From Antedon mediterranea (taxonomy: Eukaryota > Animalia > Echinodermata): DNA of 64,000 bases. Position numbers and translations under genes: made by a program. Every line of letters begins with the position of its first letter. Position 1 is the first letter of the stretch. The notes under the pieces are model-generated. The model was not told the origin of the DNA. It did not search any database and was given only the letters and a program-made list of their open reading frames with translations. Positions 53,501 to 64,000 of the stretch are shown piece by piece. The stretch spans positions 1 through 64,000 of the forward strand of contig NC_092674.1 of the NCBI RefSeq assembly GCF_964355755.1, read 5' to 3'.

Positions 53501-56500
53501 CCCTACGTAAATCTTTTTACAAAAACAATGTAGCTAAGCTCTTGAATTCGGATTCCCGATCCTGGTGGAAACACACCAAAAGGTTTCTCAATCTAGGATG
53601 CAAAGAAAATCATGCACTTGTAGGAATGTCAAATTTGCTGTGTAACGGCAATAATACCTTGCTTTCAAATAAAATTAATCAATTTTTTGCCTCATTGACC
53701 ACGGAATTTAAACCCCTCCCTCCCCTAGATCCACTATTAGATATTGATGAAATCCCTAGTCACCTTATCATAGAGCTGGAAACTGTCAGGATTAAACTTA
53801 ATCAAATTAAATGTAATAAAGCCCCTGGTCCAGATGACCTTCCCCCCTGGGTGTTTAAAGAGGGTGCTGAGATTCTTAGTGGTCCTTTATGTGCTATTGC
53901 TAACTCAAGTGTTAGAAACGGATGGGTTCCCCGAGAATGGAAACGAGCCAATATTGTCCCAATCCCAAAAGCTTTTCCATGTAATCAATTTGGATTCCAA
54001 GAACCTGGAAGTAATGCTCAAATCAGTCAATTTGCCAAACAAACTTACAACTGTAATCCACCTTTCCTTTTGTCTATTTATACTTTTTATAGCTCTTTTA
54101 TGTTCAATTAAAAGATTATTTGTATTGTTTCTAACCATTTAAAATATTATTTTCAAATTACTTGAAAAAAGGAACAGCATTGCAACACTATGTAATGAAG
54201 TGTGGTTTAGGCCTGATAAAGGGAAGTAAAGCTTTACAAATGATTCAATGTTAATCTCAAAATCAAGTCAAATAATGCAAGAGCAAACACAAACTTGGCT
54301 TCAATAACTGTTTAGCAATTAAAATCTAACAATCATAAATACATTTTTTATTAGCTAATTTTATTTAGTTATTAATGTGAACCTATTAAGTGACAATTCT
54401 TAATAATCATCATATTAGAAGAACAGTTAAAAAACTACATACTCTTTCAACAAAACACCGGCCAACCAATGCTGGAGTACTTTTGCAGTTTTCCAGGTCA
54501 ACAAGGAATGTACTGAAAGAATTAAATATTTATATTAAAAGCAAAGTGTTTGTGGTTGGTGATGATGATATGATGATCACAATAAGATAGTAATGATAAT
54601 GGTATGATGATGTTGATAATGATATGATGATCACAATAAGATAGTGATGATAATGGTATGATGATGATGATGATGATAAGTCAAGTCAAGTCAAGTATCA
54701 TTTATTATCATTTGTTTTAGGAAAAACATAGAAATTCTGTTTGCTCTGTTGGCGGAGCACAATATCCAACGGACACAACACGAACTCAAAAAACAAGAAC
54801 ATTACAAAAAAAAGTCTGATCATGGTATGATGATGATGATGATAATGATATGATGATCACAATAAGATAATGATGATAATGGTATGATGATGATAATGAA
54901 ATGATGATCACAATAAGATAGGTTAATGATAATGGTATGATGATGATTATAATATGATGATCACAATAAGATAGTAATGATCATGGTATGATGATGATGA
55001 TGATAATGATATGATGATCACAATAAGATAGTGATGATAATGGTATTATGATGATGATAATGATATGATGATCATAATAAGATAGTGATGATAATGGTAT
55101 AATGATGATGATAATGATATGATGATCACAATAAGATAGTAATGATAATGGTATGATGGTGATGATGATGATAATGATATGATGATCACAATAAGATAGT
55201 GATGATAATGGTATGATAATGATATGATTATCACAATAAGTTAGTGATGATAATGGTATGATGATGATGATAATGATATGATCACAATAAGATAGTGATG
55301 ATAATGGTATTATGATGATTATAATGATATGATGATCACAATAAGATAGTAATGATCATGGTATGATGATGATGATGATGATGATGATGATAATGATAAT
55401 GATATGATGATCACAATAAGATAGTAATGAAATGGTATGATGATGATGGTATAATGATCACAATAACATAGTGATGATAATGGTATGATGATAATGTTGA
55501 TAATGATATGATGATCACAATAAGATAGTGATGGTAATAGTATGATGATGCCTGATGATAATGATATGATGATCACAATAGGATAGTGATGATAATGGTA
55601 TGATTTTTATATTTATATTTCTTTATTCTGATACAAAATCAATAGGATAAAAACACAAAAAGTACCGAGACGGCAAACTTATTTCCATTGTGGTCCTAAA
55701 CAAATATAACAGAATAAACAAGGAAAACCACAATAACTTAAACATAATACACAAACAAATAGCAAATTAAATTTCTCTTAATCTAAGAATTTCACAAAAA
55801 TAACTTTTTGATCTCTGTTTAAATAATTGTAATGAAGAGGAGCTTTGAACAAAATAGGGGAGTGAATTCCATAACTGAATGCTTGTTATTAAGAAAGTTG
55901 ACCTGTTGTGAGTTCCTATGACTGGAATTTGGATCGAAATGTTGTCTCTAGCAAATCTTGTATTGTGATTGTGACGTTGTCTCGTCAGGGTAATTGTATC
56001 CAGGTAAGTTGGAGCACTTTTGTTAATTATTTTATACATAATACATAGTTTCCTCACTTGTACTCTTAGGTCAACTGGCAACCAATTTAAGTTTACAAAC
56101 TCATGTATACCTATATGAGATCGTGGTCCTAGGTTCGAAATGCACCTAATAATTTTGTTTTGAGACGTCTGTAGCCTATTTTTAATATATTTATTTGTAC
56201 ACGAGTACCATACACAGCACCCATAGTCATAATGACATTGTGTCAGAGAAGATGCAATTAATTTAAGAGCATATTTAGTAATATATTTTTTATTTCTATT
56301 AAGAAATTTAAGTATACAATGAATTTTATTGATTACTTTCATACCTGTAGCTGTACCAGTCAGGTTCTGGTCAAGATCAATTCCAAGGTATGTGATTGAA
56401 GATTTAGCAGTTATGTTTTTATTATTACAGGTAATTTTCATTTCTGACTGTTTTCTACACATGGTTTTTGTACCAAATAAAATTGACTCCGTCTTACCAA

Positions 56501-59500
56501 AATGAAGGGATAATCTATTGTCAGAAAGCCACAGATTCAACGCTTGCAATTCATTACTTAGTCTGTTTTCAATATACTCTCGGTCTTTATTTGTGACCAA
56601 AAGGGCTGCATCGTCTGCATATAGCAACAACTCACAACCAACGGCCGATTCCATGTCGTTGACATATAGCAAAAATAGTAAGGGACCCAGAATAGATCCC
56701 TGGGGTATTCCACATTTGACGTCAAGAAATGTTGATTTAGTACCTTTTATGTCAACAACCTGGGATCTACCGTGGAGGTATGATTGCATCCATGACAGAG
56801 ATAGACTAGTAAAACCCATGGCCTTTAATTTATACAATAATATGTCGTGGTCTACTGTGTCGAACGCCTTTTGAAGGTCAATTATTATCATACCAGTCAT
56901 TTTCCCTTTATCCCATCCATTTCTAACAGAATCCGATAGATGTATTAGACATGTTTCTGTAGAAAATGAAGGTCTAAAACCTGATTGATAGGTATAAAGA
57001 AGTGATTGGTCGTTTAAGTAACTCATTAATTGATTATACATAATACGTTCTATAATTTTAGACACTGCAGATAGAATAGAAACGGGTCTATAGTTTCCAG
57101 CATATAATCGATCTTTCTTTTTGTAAATAGGCACTACCTTAGCAGATTTCCAATCAGAAGGGATATAACCGGTTGAAATAGATATATTTATAATATGGCT
57201 CAGTGGATGTAAGATAGCCAGAGCCCCATCTTTGAAAAATCTGGCAGGTACGGAATCTAAACCCGCACCTTTCTTACTATTTAAGTTGTTTATTATCGTT
57301 AGTACGGTTTGTTCATTTACTTCTTTAAAGGCAAATACACCTTTTTTATCTGCATAGTAATGTTTAACGTGGTTTTCATTGTAAGTATTAGATGAAGGAG
57401 GGAGTTTTTTAGGAGTATTAATGAAAAAGGAATTTAAATAGTCAGCAATCGAGCTTTTGTCATAAATTATTTTATCTTCACATTTTAGAGCAATGTTTTC
57501 AGATTTATTTTCTGTTCCGGTACCTAAACTTGTTAAAACATTCCATAATTTTTTGGGGTTATTTTTATTTTCATTTAGTTTGTCCGAAAAATAAGATGAC
57601 TTAGCTCTTTTTATTTTATATTTTACAGAAATTCTTAACTTTTTAAAGACAGTAAATATGTGCTCATTACGAGTTCTCTTAAATTTAGCTAAGCATTTAT
57701 CACGTTTAATGATCAGATCTCTAATTTCTGATGTGAACCATGGTTTGGAACGTTGTTTAATTCTTATTTCTTTTAAAGGAGCAACTTGGTTGATGGCATT
57801 CATCATTTTTAGTTTGAACCAGTCCCATGCAGTGCAGACATTTGTGCAATTTGTGATATCGGACCAATCTAATTCATTTAATTTAGAAGTAAGTAGTTCT
57901 GATGAGTATGATTTCATAGATCGTATTTTAATCGTCTTATGCCTCTTAATCGGGATTTTAACTATCTTTCTGGTGCAGTAAGTTATAAAATGATCACTGA
58001 CACCGTAAGGGATAATGATGATGATGATGTTGATAATGATATGATAAAAATTTGATGATAATAATAATTTGATGATGATAATAGTATGATGTTGGATATT
58101 AATGATTTTAAACAAGAATTAAAGCTTACTTTTTATGGAATTGATATAATTGTTCCCAGTTTGCAAACAGCACTTGTGTTTTTTCAACCAGAGCTGGTGG
58201 AATAAGATGAGTAAGTGTAGGATTGTGCATCTGGTCTATATATCCAGTAATGACTGCTTGCAGTTCAGTAACGTACAGTCTCTCAGTTTCTATCAATTCA
58301 TTCATAACATGCCTGATTTTAAAACAATAAAACATTCATTAAATTAAATATGGAATTAAATGGAACTGAGAACAAAGAAAATTGAAAATAAATTAGAATA
58401 AATAAACTGTGATTTTCACAAACAGTATTACTGATGTTAAATAGCATGCATGTTTTAATTAATGATTCTCTTAATTTAAGATATGGATAATTGTACTCCA
58501 CTCATTGTATACCGCAGTCATAAATATCAATTTCAAAATGTAACCTTTGACACAACCACCATTAATCATAAACAATTAGACTCAACCTCCTGTTGACCAT
58601 CTTTTACTTTCTCCATCTAGAAAATGCATTTAGCCTATTGTTTAAATAATTCAAAGATTTATTTGCCATTTACATCATGCTATCAATGAAATATTTGACA
58701 GATAATAGAGTAACCTTAGAGTCCAGTTGCCAATTTACACTAATATCATCTTCGATATCAACCATTCATAGTGATATTGATAGTAATATAATGGGTGCGT
58801 ACACCTAAATGACATACAGGGAGCTGACGGGGTATATTACAATACACTGAGTGAATTCTAAAAAGTCAATAAACTATTGAAAATTGAGTGATTGGATTAT
58901 TACTAAAATAAAAAAAAATCTAACTCGGCCAATGCTCACAACCGGTAAGAGACAGATTAAATGCAACAGATTAAATGCAACAGATTAAATGCAACAGATT
59001 AAATGCAACAGATTAAATGCAACCGCATTCAAAAATATCAACCAACTTTACTGTATGTTTCTTCTTTTTTTTTTTCAAAGAAATTATGACAAATTTCCAC
59101 AAAGATATCTCATGATAAACAACTTCCTAAAAAAGATATCACTATAATCTTTCTGATTATAGGCTCAATTGTCCCGAGGAGGAATACTGTACCAATTTTC
59201 TATGGAGTAGTACTGTTTTATTTAATAATCTGTCACAGGTAAAAGTTTAAATGTCATTTTGCGGCAGTTACTTATTCAATCTCTCTTAACTGTGTTTTAT
59301 TGTGCATAGTGACCATGTTATTATGAGACAATTTTAACTTTACAACATGGCAGAATTGTATGAAACCAAAAGAAGGATTGAATAAATGTCTCACCCTCTT
59401 TTTGAATTTAGTGAATCTCCTTCTTGACCACACAAATCAGCAGTTGATTCTTCAGAGTCTCTTAGTACCTCTATGTCCTGGTAAAATAATAATAATAATA

Positions 59501-60924
59501 CTAATTATAAAAAACTTTATGAGGAGATGACCAGTGAACATCATTCAGTCCATGCAACTGTTGTTTAGTGTGTGCATTAATGCATTCTCGATATTACAAA
59601 TATATATTTAAATCGAATATCAATATTTTACTCTCAAACACAATACAAGTAGATGAGTTAATATAGCCTTCTGGTAGCCACATTTCATCTACACACCCAG
59701 TATTGATCCTCTTGTCTATTCATCTTCTTACATAGAATATAAACAAAGGCTATATGATCAGTCTGGTACCATTATATACAATTACTATCACAAGAACCGT
59801 ACAAGCAGCAGTATCAGCAACAATACCACCTTCACTAACTAACACTAGTATCAATAATAATGATGATGTGCATGAGTGAATTTTAGACTCGTTAATTATT
59901 CTGTAGGGTTTATTTTCAAACAGTGTGTCTTTGTCAATGATGGTACTTTGTACTAATAATAATATTTCTGCAATAAAGCAATACTGTAATTGTAAAATAA
60001 TGCATACATAATAGAACAGAATGATGCATTGTCATGGTGATGAGGAGGGAAAGGCTTTGAACAAAGCTTTGTGTAAAGAAATATTCCTGATGGTTTAAAG
60101 ACTAATTAAAATGAAAATACATTAACATGAATAATTCCTCTAGCTGATATTGATTACATCTTGAATATTGCTGTTTATGCAAAATAGACTACTGGCAAAA
60201 AGATGTTGGATTATAAATTCTAAAAGTTCAACTTAATTTAATCATGGAGGAATTTTCCTCCATGATTTAATGCTTCATTTGCAGAAATCTCTTGTTTAAC
60301 ATCTAATCCTGTGCTATTATCTTTTATCATTTAGATTAAAAACAGATTTCTTTTGTGACATACTTTAACATTATATACTGACGACGACTGATAATTTAAA
60401 GATAATGTTGCCATACAAAATCTAAATTTTTTTTCGAAACAATTTATAATCCCTGTACTAGATGGTTTGAAAAAAAGAATATTTCCAAAATAACTTATAT
60501 CTACAAACCAGATGAACATTTTCAATCCAGTACTAGATGGTCTTATTAGTCATTTGGCCATACAATATGACAGAACCAGCATGTGCAATAAACAAATTAA
60601 ATGTAAATATTTTAAAACCTTGAAAATAGTGAATATTCTGAAATAAAATAATGGGTTAACCTTTTTAGCTGGTCTTGGAGTCCTTGGTAAGACTTTCTTT
60701 TTCTCCCTTAAAGGCGAGACAGGCTCAGACCTCCTCTGGCTCAAAGGTGATAACTTATTTGTGATTTGGTTTGGTTTTCTCATTTGTAGAGTAGTCTGTG
60801 GTGCAACCATTACTACTGGTTGTTGCCGCTCAAGCTTGGCAGCAATCTTCTTTAAACTTTCACGCCGTTTTTCAAACATATTCTTTACATCTTCCATTTT
60901 TGTTACAACTTCTGTCACAAGTGC
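44546..60924 (-). CDS. MCF2L: Dbl-family RhoGEF, MCF2L/DBS-like (end of spectrin region, DH, PH, SH3); 5' part lies beyond the window
   Basis: Phase-consistent exons: 60661-60924 (ALVTEVVTKMEDVKNMFEKRRESLKK), 59395-59477, 58130-58312 (HVMNELIETERLYV), 54443-54512, 50457-50555 (YSIYCQNKPQAE), 50083-50175 (LPLSAYLLKPVQRITKYQLLLK), 47779-48105, 47575-47667, 47414-47492 (PH), 47257-47308, 46962-47145, 46401-46626 (SH3, GWWLVR..GWVPAGYL), 44546-44661 (stop). The symbol is a best family-level match. Confidence 0.85.
44850..45440. repeat. 31-bp intronic minisatellite (~18 copies)
   Basis: TATAATTAGTCATAATACTGTACATACTGTA repeated. Confidence 0.95.
48329..49690 (-). mobile_element. 5'-truncated Penelope-like retroelement (RT thumb + GIY-YIG endonuclease)
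   Basis: ORF 48660..49670: FLDI..HYKDT..SSHP, then CxxxRCxxC and NLVYCISCTKCNMLYIGET..RFVEH (GIY-YIG). Flanked on both sides by (ATGTAT)nGTAAATCA, consistent with a target duplication. Confidence 0.92.
48395..48447 (-). ncRNA. Minimal type I hammerhead ribozyme in the Penelope terminal repeat
   Basis: Minus strand AATTCTTTTCAC-CTGATGA-T-GGGC TAT GCCC-GAAACATGTT-GTTAAAATAATT: conserved CUGANGA/GAAA core, 4-bp stem II, palindromic ACATGT stem III, 12-bp stem I with two mismatches. Confidence 0.8.
49872..50071. repeat. ~77-bp tandem repeat (about 2.6 copies)
   Basis: GAAC(A/G)AAGGTGTTTAAGTT..GCATTGTCACGC repeated; a partial copy also lies at 48274-48306, on the other side of the Penelope insertion. 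Confidence 0.8.
50841..51158. repeat. 15-bp minisatellite (TAATTGATATGATAA) x21
   Basis: Perfect repeat; explains spurious MIIID ORF. Confidence 0.96.
51402..51897. repeat. 45-bp intronic minisatellite (11 copies)
   Basis: TTTAATTCATCTATTACATTCCATTCCTTTTGTCTATTTATAC repeated. Confidence 0.94.
51898..54063 (+). mobile_element. CR1-group LINE, 5' part (APE endonuclease and start of RT), with an internal ~290-bp tandem duplication and missing 3' end
   Basis: ORF 52831..54111: IYHPP, ITGDFN, PTRKEAILDL, LSDH (APE), then KAPGPDDLP..WKRANIVPIPK (RT start). ORF 52391..52813 repeats the same APE segment. Confidence 0.88.
54558..55603. repeat. GAT-rich minisatellite (GATATGATGATCACAATAAGATAG..ATGATAATGGTAT) with a short LINE-tail-like insert at ~54679-54816
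   Basis: Repeated ~55-bp GAT-rich units; similar sequence resumes at 58010-58105 beyond the LINE. Confidence 0.85.
55604..58010 (-). mobile_element. Young 5'-truncated L2/CR1-like LINE with uninterrupted RT ORF
   Basis: ORF 55767..58115 (782 aa; N-terminal ~35 aa derive from the flanking repeat): SDH, NYRPVSILS, DLQKAFDTVDH, GIPQGSILGPLLF, YADD, YLG. Confidence 0.93.
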
Positions 60925-62237
60925 CTGGGTATGTGAAAATAAGTATTAAGAAGTATTTGGAATAAAAATTGGGGTTATATATTTATTTATACATTAAAAA
61001 AATGATTAAAAATATTGTATAAAATGAGTTAGTGAAGGGTGCATATTACTCTTGTTGACACTCTCTTGCACACATACAGTTTCAGAAAGACCACAACATT
61101 CACAACAGGAATTTGTATTTAATTTAAAAATAGGTGAAGACTTGACTTTAGTATAAAAGGAAATATCTCACTATAAGTGTGATTGGTAAATACTGGGGCT
61201 TAGAAACAAATCCTACCATTTGGATACCTTAAATTGATTAGTTGTTCATTTTTAAAGATAGATTAGTAGTTTAATTATTCAGAAGAGTGTTATATTAGAG
61301 TGCTTTGAAAAAAATTATCATAAATAATACACATTTTACACAACTTTAGGCCTACAGTTAGACCATAGTAAACACAACAATATATATTTTTTAAATCTAC
61401 ATTTAACTTATATAAAATAATTGAATGAGAGCTAATGCTGTATTATGAATGTATTAGGATTAAGTAGGATTAGATTGGATTAGATCATGCCTATTGATTA
61501 GACTACCTGATTGCCCGTTTTTTGGTATATGGCCGCCTGACAATGACGTGTTGAACATCGTCTAGAGGGGGGCCGTCCGGCCCAGCTTGTACCATGCATG
61601 ATAGAATCCAAAACTTCTTTTGATGCTTTCTAACATTTAACTTACTCTTTTATATATTGACTCATTTCCCCTTTAAATCCGTCCGTCTCTGTATACCGAT
61701 ATAACCGCTGTTAAGACTCAGCCATTATGATAAATAGGGGTTTTTGATTGTTTTCACTACCCTAGATCAATCAATGAGTCATGCAATATTTCAACACAAC
61801 AGGTGATGGTCTTAAAAGCCAATTGTAATGGATTATTATCGTCATGGTTACAGTGGAACTATGAACGTATGATCATAGAACTTGTGTATAATAATTTTCA
61901 TAATTTATATAATCATAATTTAATTAATAAATAATATTGAATACAAAGTAAAATGTGTTTTTTGTCTGCTGTACATTGTCAGTACCGTATGTTATTACTC
62001 AATTATTATTTTAGAGTAGTTAGGCCCTATCAAAAAAACTATCCAAAAAAGAAACGTTGTTACTATAACAAAATAATATATAATAAACACCAAAATAATC
62101 ATCAATAAAATAGCATGATATCTGAAATTTTAAATCACAAAATAATGTTTTTTCATTTATTATTTGTTTTTTACCTACTGTTCACTTAAGTATGAATACC
62201 ACCATATCTGCAGAAGCATCTTTTACCAACACTTTTA

Positions 62238-63029
62238 TGTAGATGGTTCAAGATTTTGTGAGTACTAAAGTTTACTAACAATACAGAGACGATGAATCAA
62301 TTCAATTACCTATTTCTGTAGATGGTTTAAGATTTTGTGAGTACTAAGGTTTGCTAACATTAACAGAGACTATGATCAATTCAATTACCTGTTTCTGTAG
62401 ATGGTTTAAGATTTTGTGAATATTAAGGTTTGCTAACAATAAAGAGACTATGATCAATTCAATTACCTGTTTCTGTAGATGGTTCATGATTTTGTGAGTA
62501 TTAAGGTTTGCTAACAATACAGAGACTATGATCAATTCAATTACCTGTTTCTGTAGATGGTTTAAGATTTTGTGAGTATTAAGGTTTGCTAACAATAAAG
62601 AGACTATGATCAATTCAATTACCTGTTTCTGTAGATGGTTCATGATTTTGTGAGTATTAAGGTTTGCTAACAATAAAGAGACTATGATCAATTCGATTAC
62701 CTATTTCTGTAGATGGTTCAATATTTTGTGAGTATTAAGGTTTGCTAACAATAAAGAGACTATGAATCAATTCAATTACCTGTTTCTGTAGATGGTTCAT
62801 GATTTTGTGAGTACTAAGGTTTGCTAACAATAAAGAGACTATGAATCAATTCAATTACCGTACCTATTTCTGTAGATGGTTTAGGATTTTGTGAGTATTA
62901 AGGTTTGCTAACAATAAAGAGACTATGAATCAATTCAATTACCTATTTCTGTACATGGTTCAAGATTTTGTGAGTACTAAGGTTTGCTAACAATACAGAG
63001 ACTATGATCAATTCAATTACCTGTTTCTG
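62238..63029. repeat. 78-bp intronic tandem array (~10 copies) containing CAG|GTAATT donor-like sites on the gene strand
   Basis: TCAATTACCTGTTTCTG recurs every 78-79 bp; the 26-aa periodic ORF 62344..62691 follows from this. Confidence 0.9.
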
Positions 63030-63212
63030 CATTACCCAGAAGCAGCAGCTCTGCTGGTCAATTTTAAAGTAATAAAAAATAATTCATATTTATTTGTTCA
63101 TATCATAAATGAAAGAAATAAAAAAAAGCTAAATCAATTTCATGCAAGCGATAATTTAGTCTAAAAAAATATTGAAATCCTATAATATTTTAACTCTAAC
63201 CACAATCGGGAA

Positions 63213-64000
63213 CCAAGCCAACACATTCAGCTTTACTCCCTAGCATCTTTAACTCTAACCCAAGCCAACACATTCAGCTTCACTCCCTAGCATCTTTTAA
63301 CTCAAACCCAAGCCAACACATTCAGCTTCACTCCCTAGCATCTTTTACCTCTAACCCAAGCCAACACATTCAGCTTCACTCCCTAGCATCTTTTAACTAT
63401 AACCCAAGCCAACACATTCAGCTTCACTCCCTAGCAACTTTTAACTCTAACCCAAGCCAACACATTCAGCTTTACTCCCTAGCATCTTTTAACTCTAACC
63501 CAAGCCAACACATTCAGCTTCACTCCCTAGCATCTTTTAACTCTAACCCAAGCCAACACATTCAGCTTCACTCCCTAGCATCTTTTAACTCTAACCCAAG
63601 CCAACACATTCAGCTTCACTCCCTAGCATCTTTTAACTCTAACCCAAGCCAACACATTCAGCTTCACTCCCTAGCATCTTTTAACTCTAACCCAAGCCAA
63701 CACATTCAGCTTCACTCCTTAGCATCTTTTAACTCTAACCCAAGCCAACACATTCAGCTTCACTCCCTAGCATCTTTTAACTCTAACCCAAGCCAACACA
63801 CATTCAGCTTTACTCCCTAGCATCTTTTAACTCTAACCCAAGCCAACACATTTAGCTTCACTCCCTAGCATCTTTTAACTCTAACCCAAGCCAACACATT
63901 CAGCTTCACTCCCTAGCATCTTTTAACTCTAACCCAAGCCAACACATTCAGCTTCACTCCCTAGCATCTTTTAACTCTAACCCAAGCCAACACATTCAGC
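63213..64000. repeat. 48-bp tandem array running off the window end
   Basis: AACTCTAACCCAAGCCAACACATTCAGCTTCACTCCCTAGCATCTTTT repeated at least 16 times. Confidence 0.95.

Noticed and set aside
58587-58616. 30-nt AG..GT-bounded segment resembling a RhoGEF microexon
   Set aside because: Flanking exons 59395 and 58312 already join in phase 2 as KRGHVMNEL; no homology support for an insert.
63213-64000. CTAACCC within the 48-bp unit as telomere-derived sequence
   Set aside because: Only one hexamer, and TAACTCTAACC is already present in the unique left flank.

Overview
Left end of an AT-rich animal chromosome, probably a marine invertebrate (inference). It opens with about 4.4 kb of (CCCTAA)n telomere. 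A layered subtelomere follows: a CAGA/TCTAGA satellite, a ~196-bp hairpin-bearing repeat, and a 10-bp GAGTAGTTCC satellite holding LINE debris. Next is a complete multi-exon RB1 (retinoblastoma) orthologue on the minus strand (CDS 36493->16165, 23 coding exons reconstructed by hand, ~884 aa), three DNA transposons, and the 3' part of an MCF2L/DBS-like RhoGEF (DH-PH-SH3, minus strand). Introns are full of locally derived minisatellites, LINEs and a Penelope element with a hammerhead ribozyme. Main observation: four tandem arrays in RB1 have units that straddle an exon-intron boundary. They hold ~85 and 15 copies of two splice donors and 7 and ~17 copies of two acceptors, and only the exon-proximal copy keeps the reading frame. 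A fifth intronic array carries telomeric TTAGGG repeats exactly at its unit junctions. Exon calls rest on splice signals, phase continuity and remembered homology; there are no transcript data.
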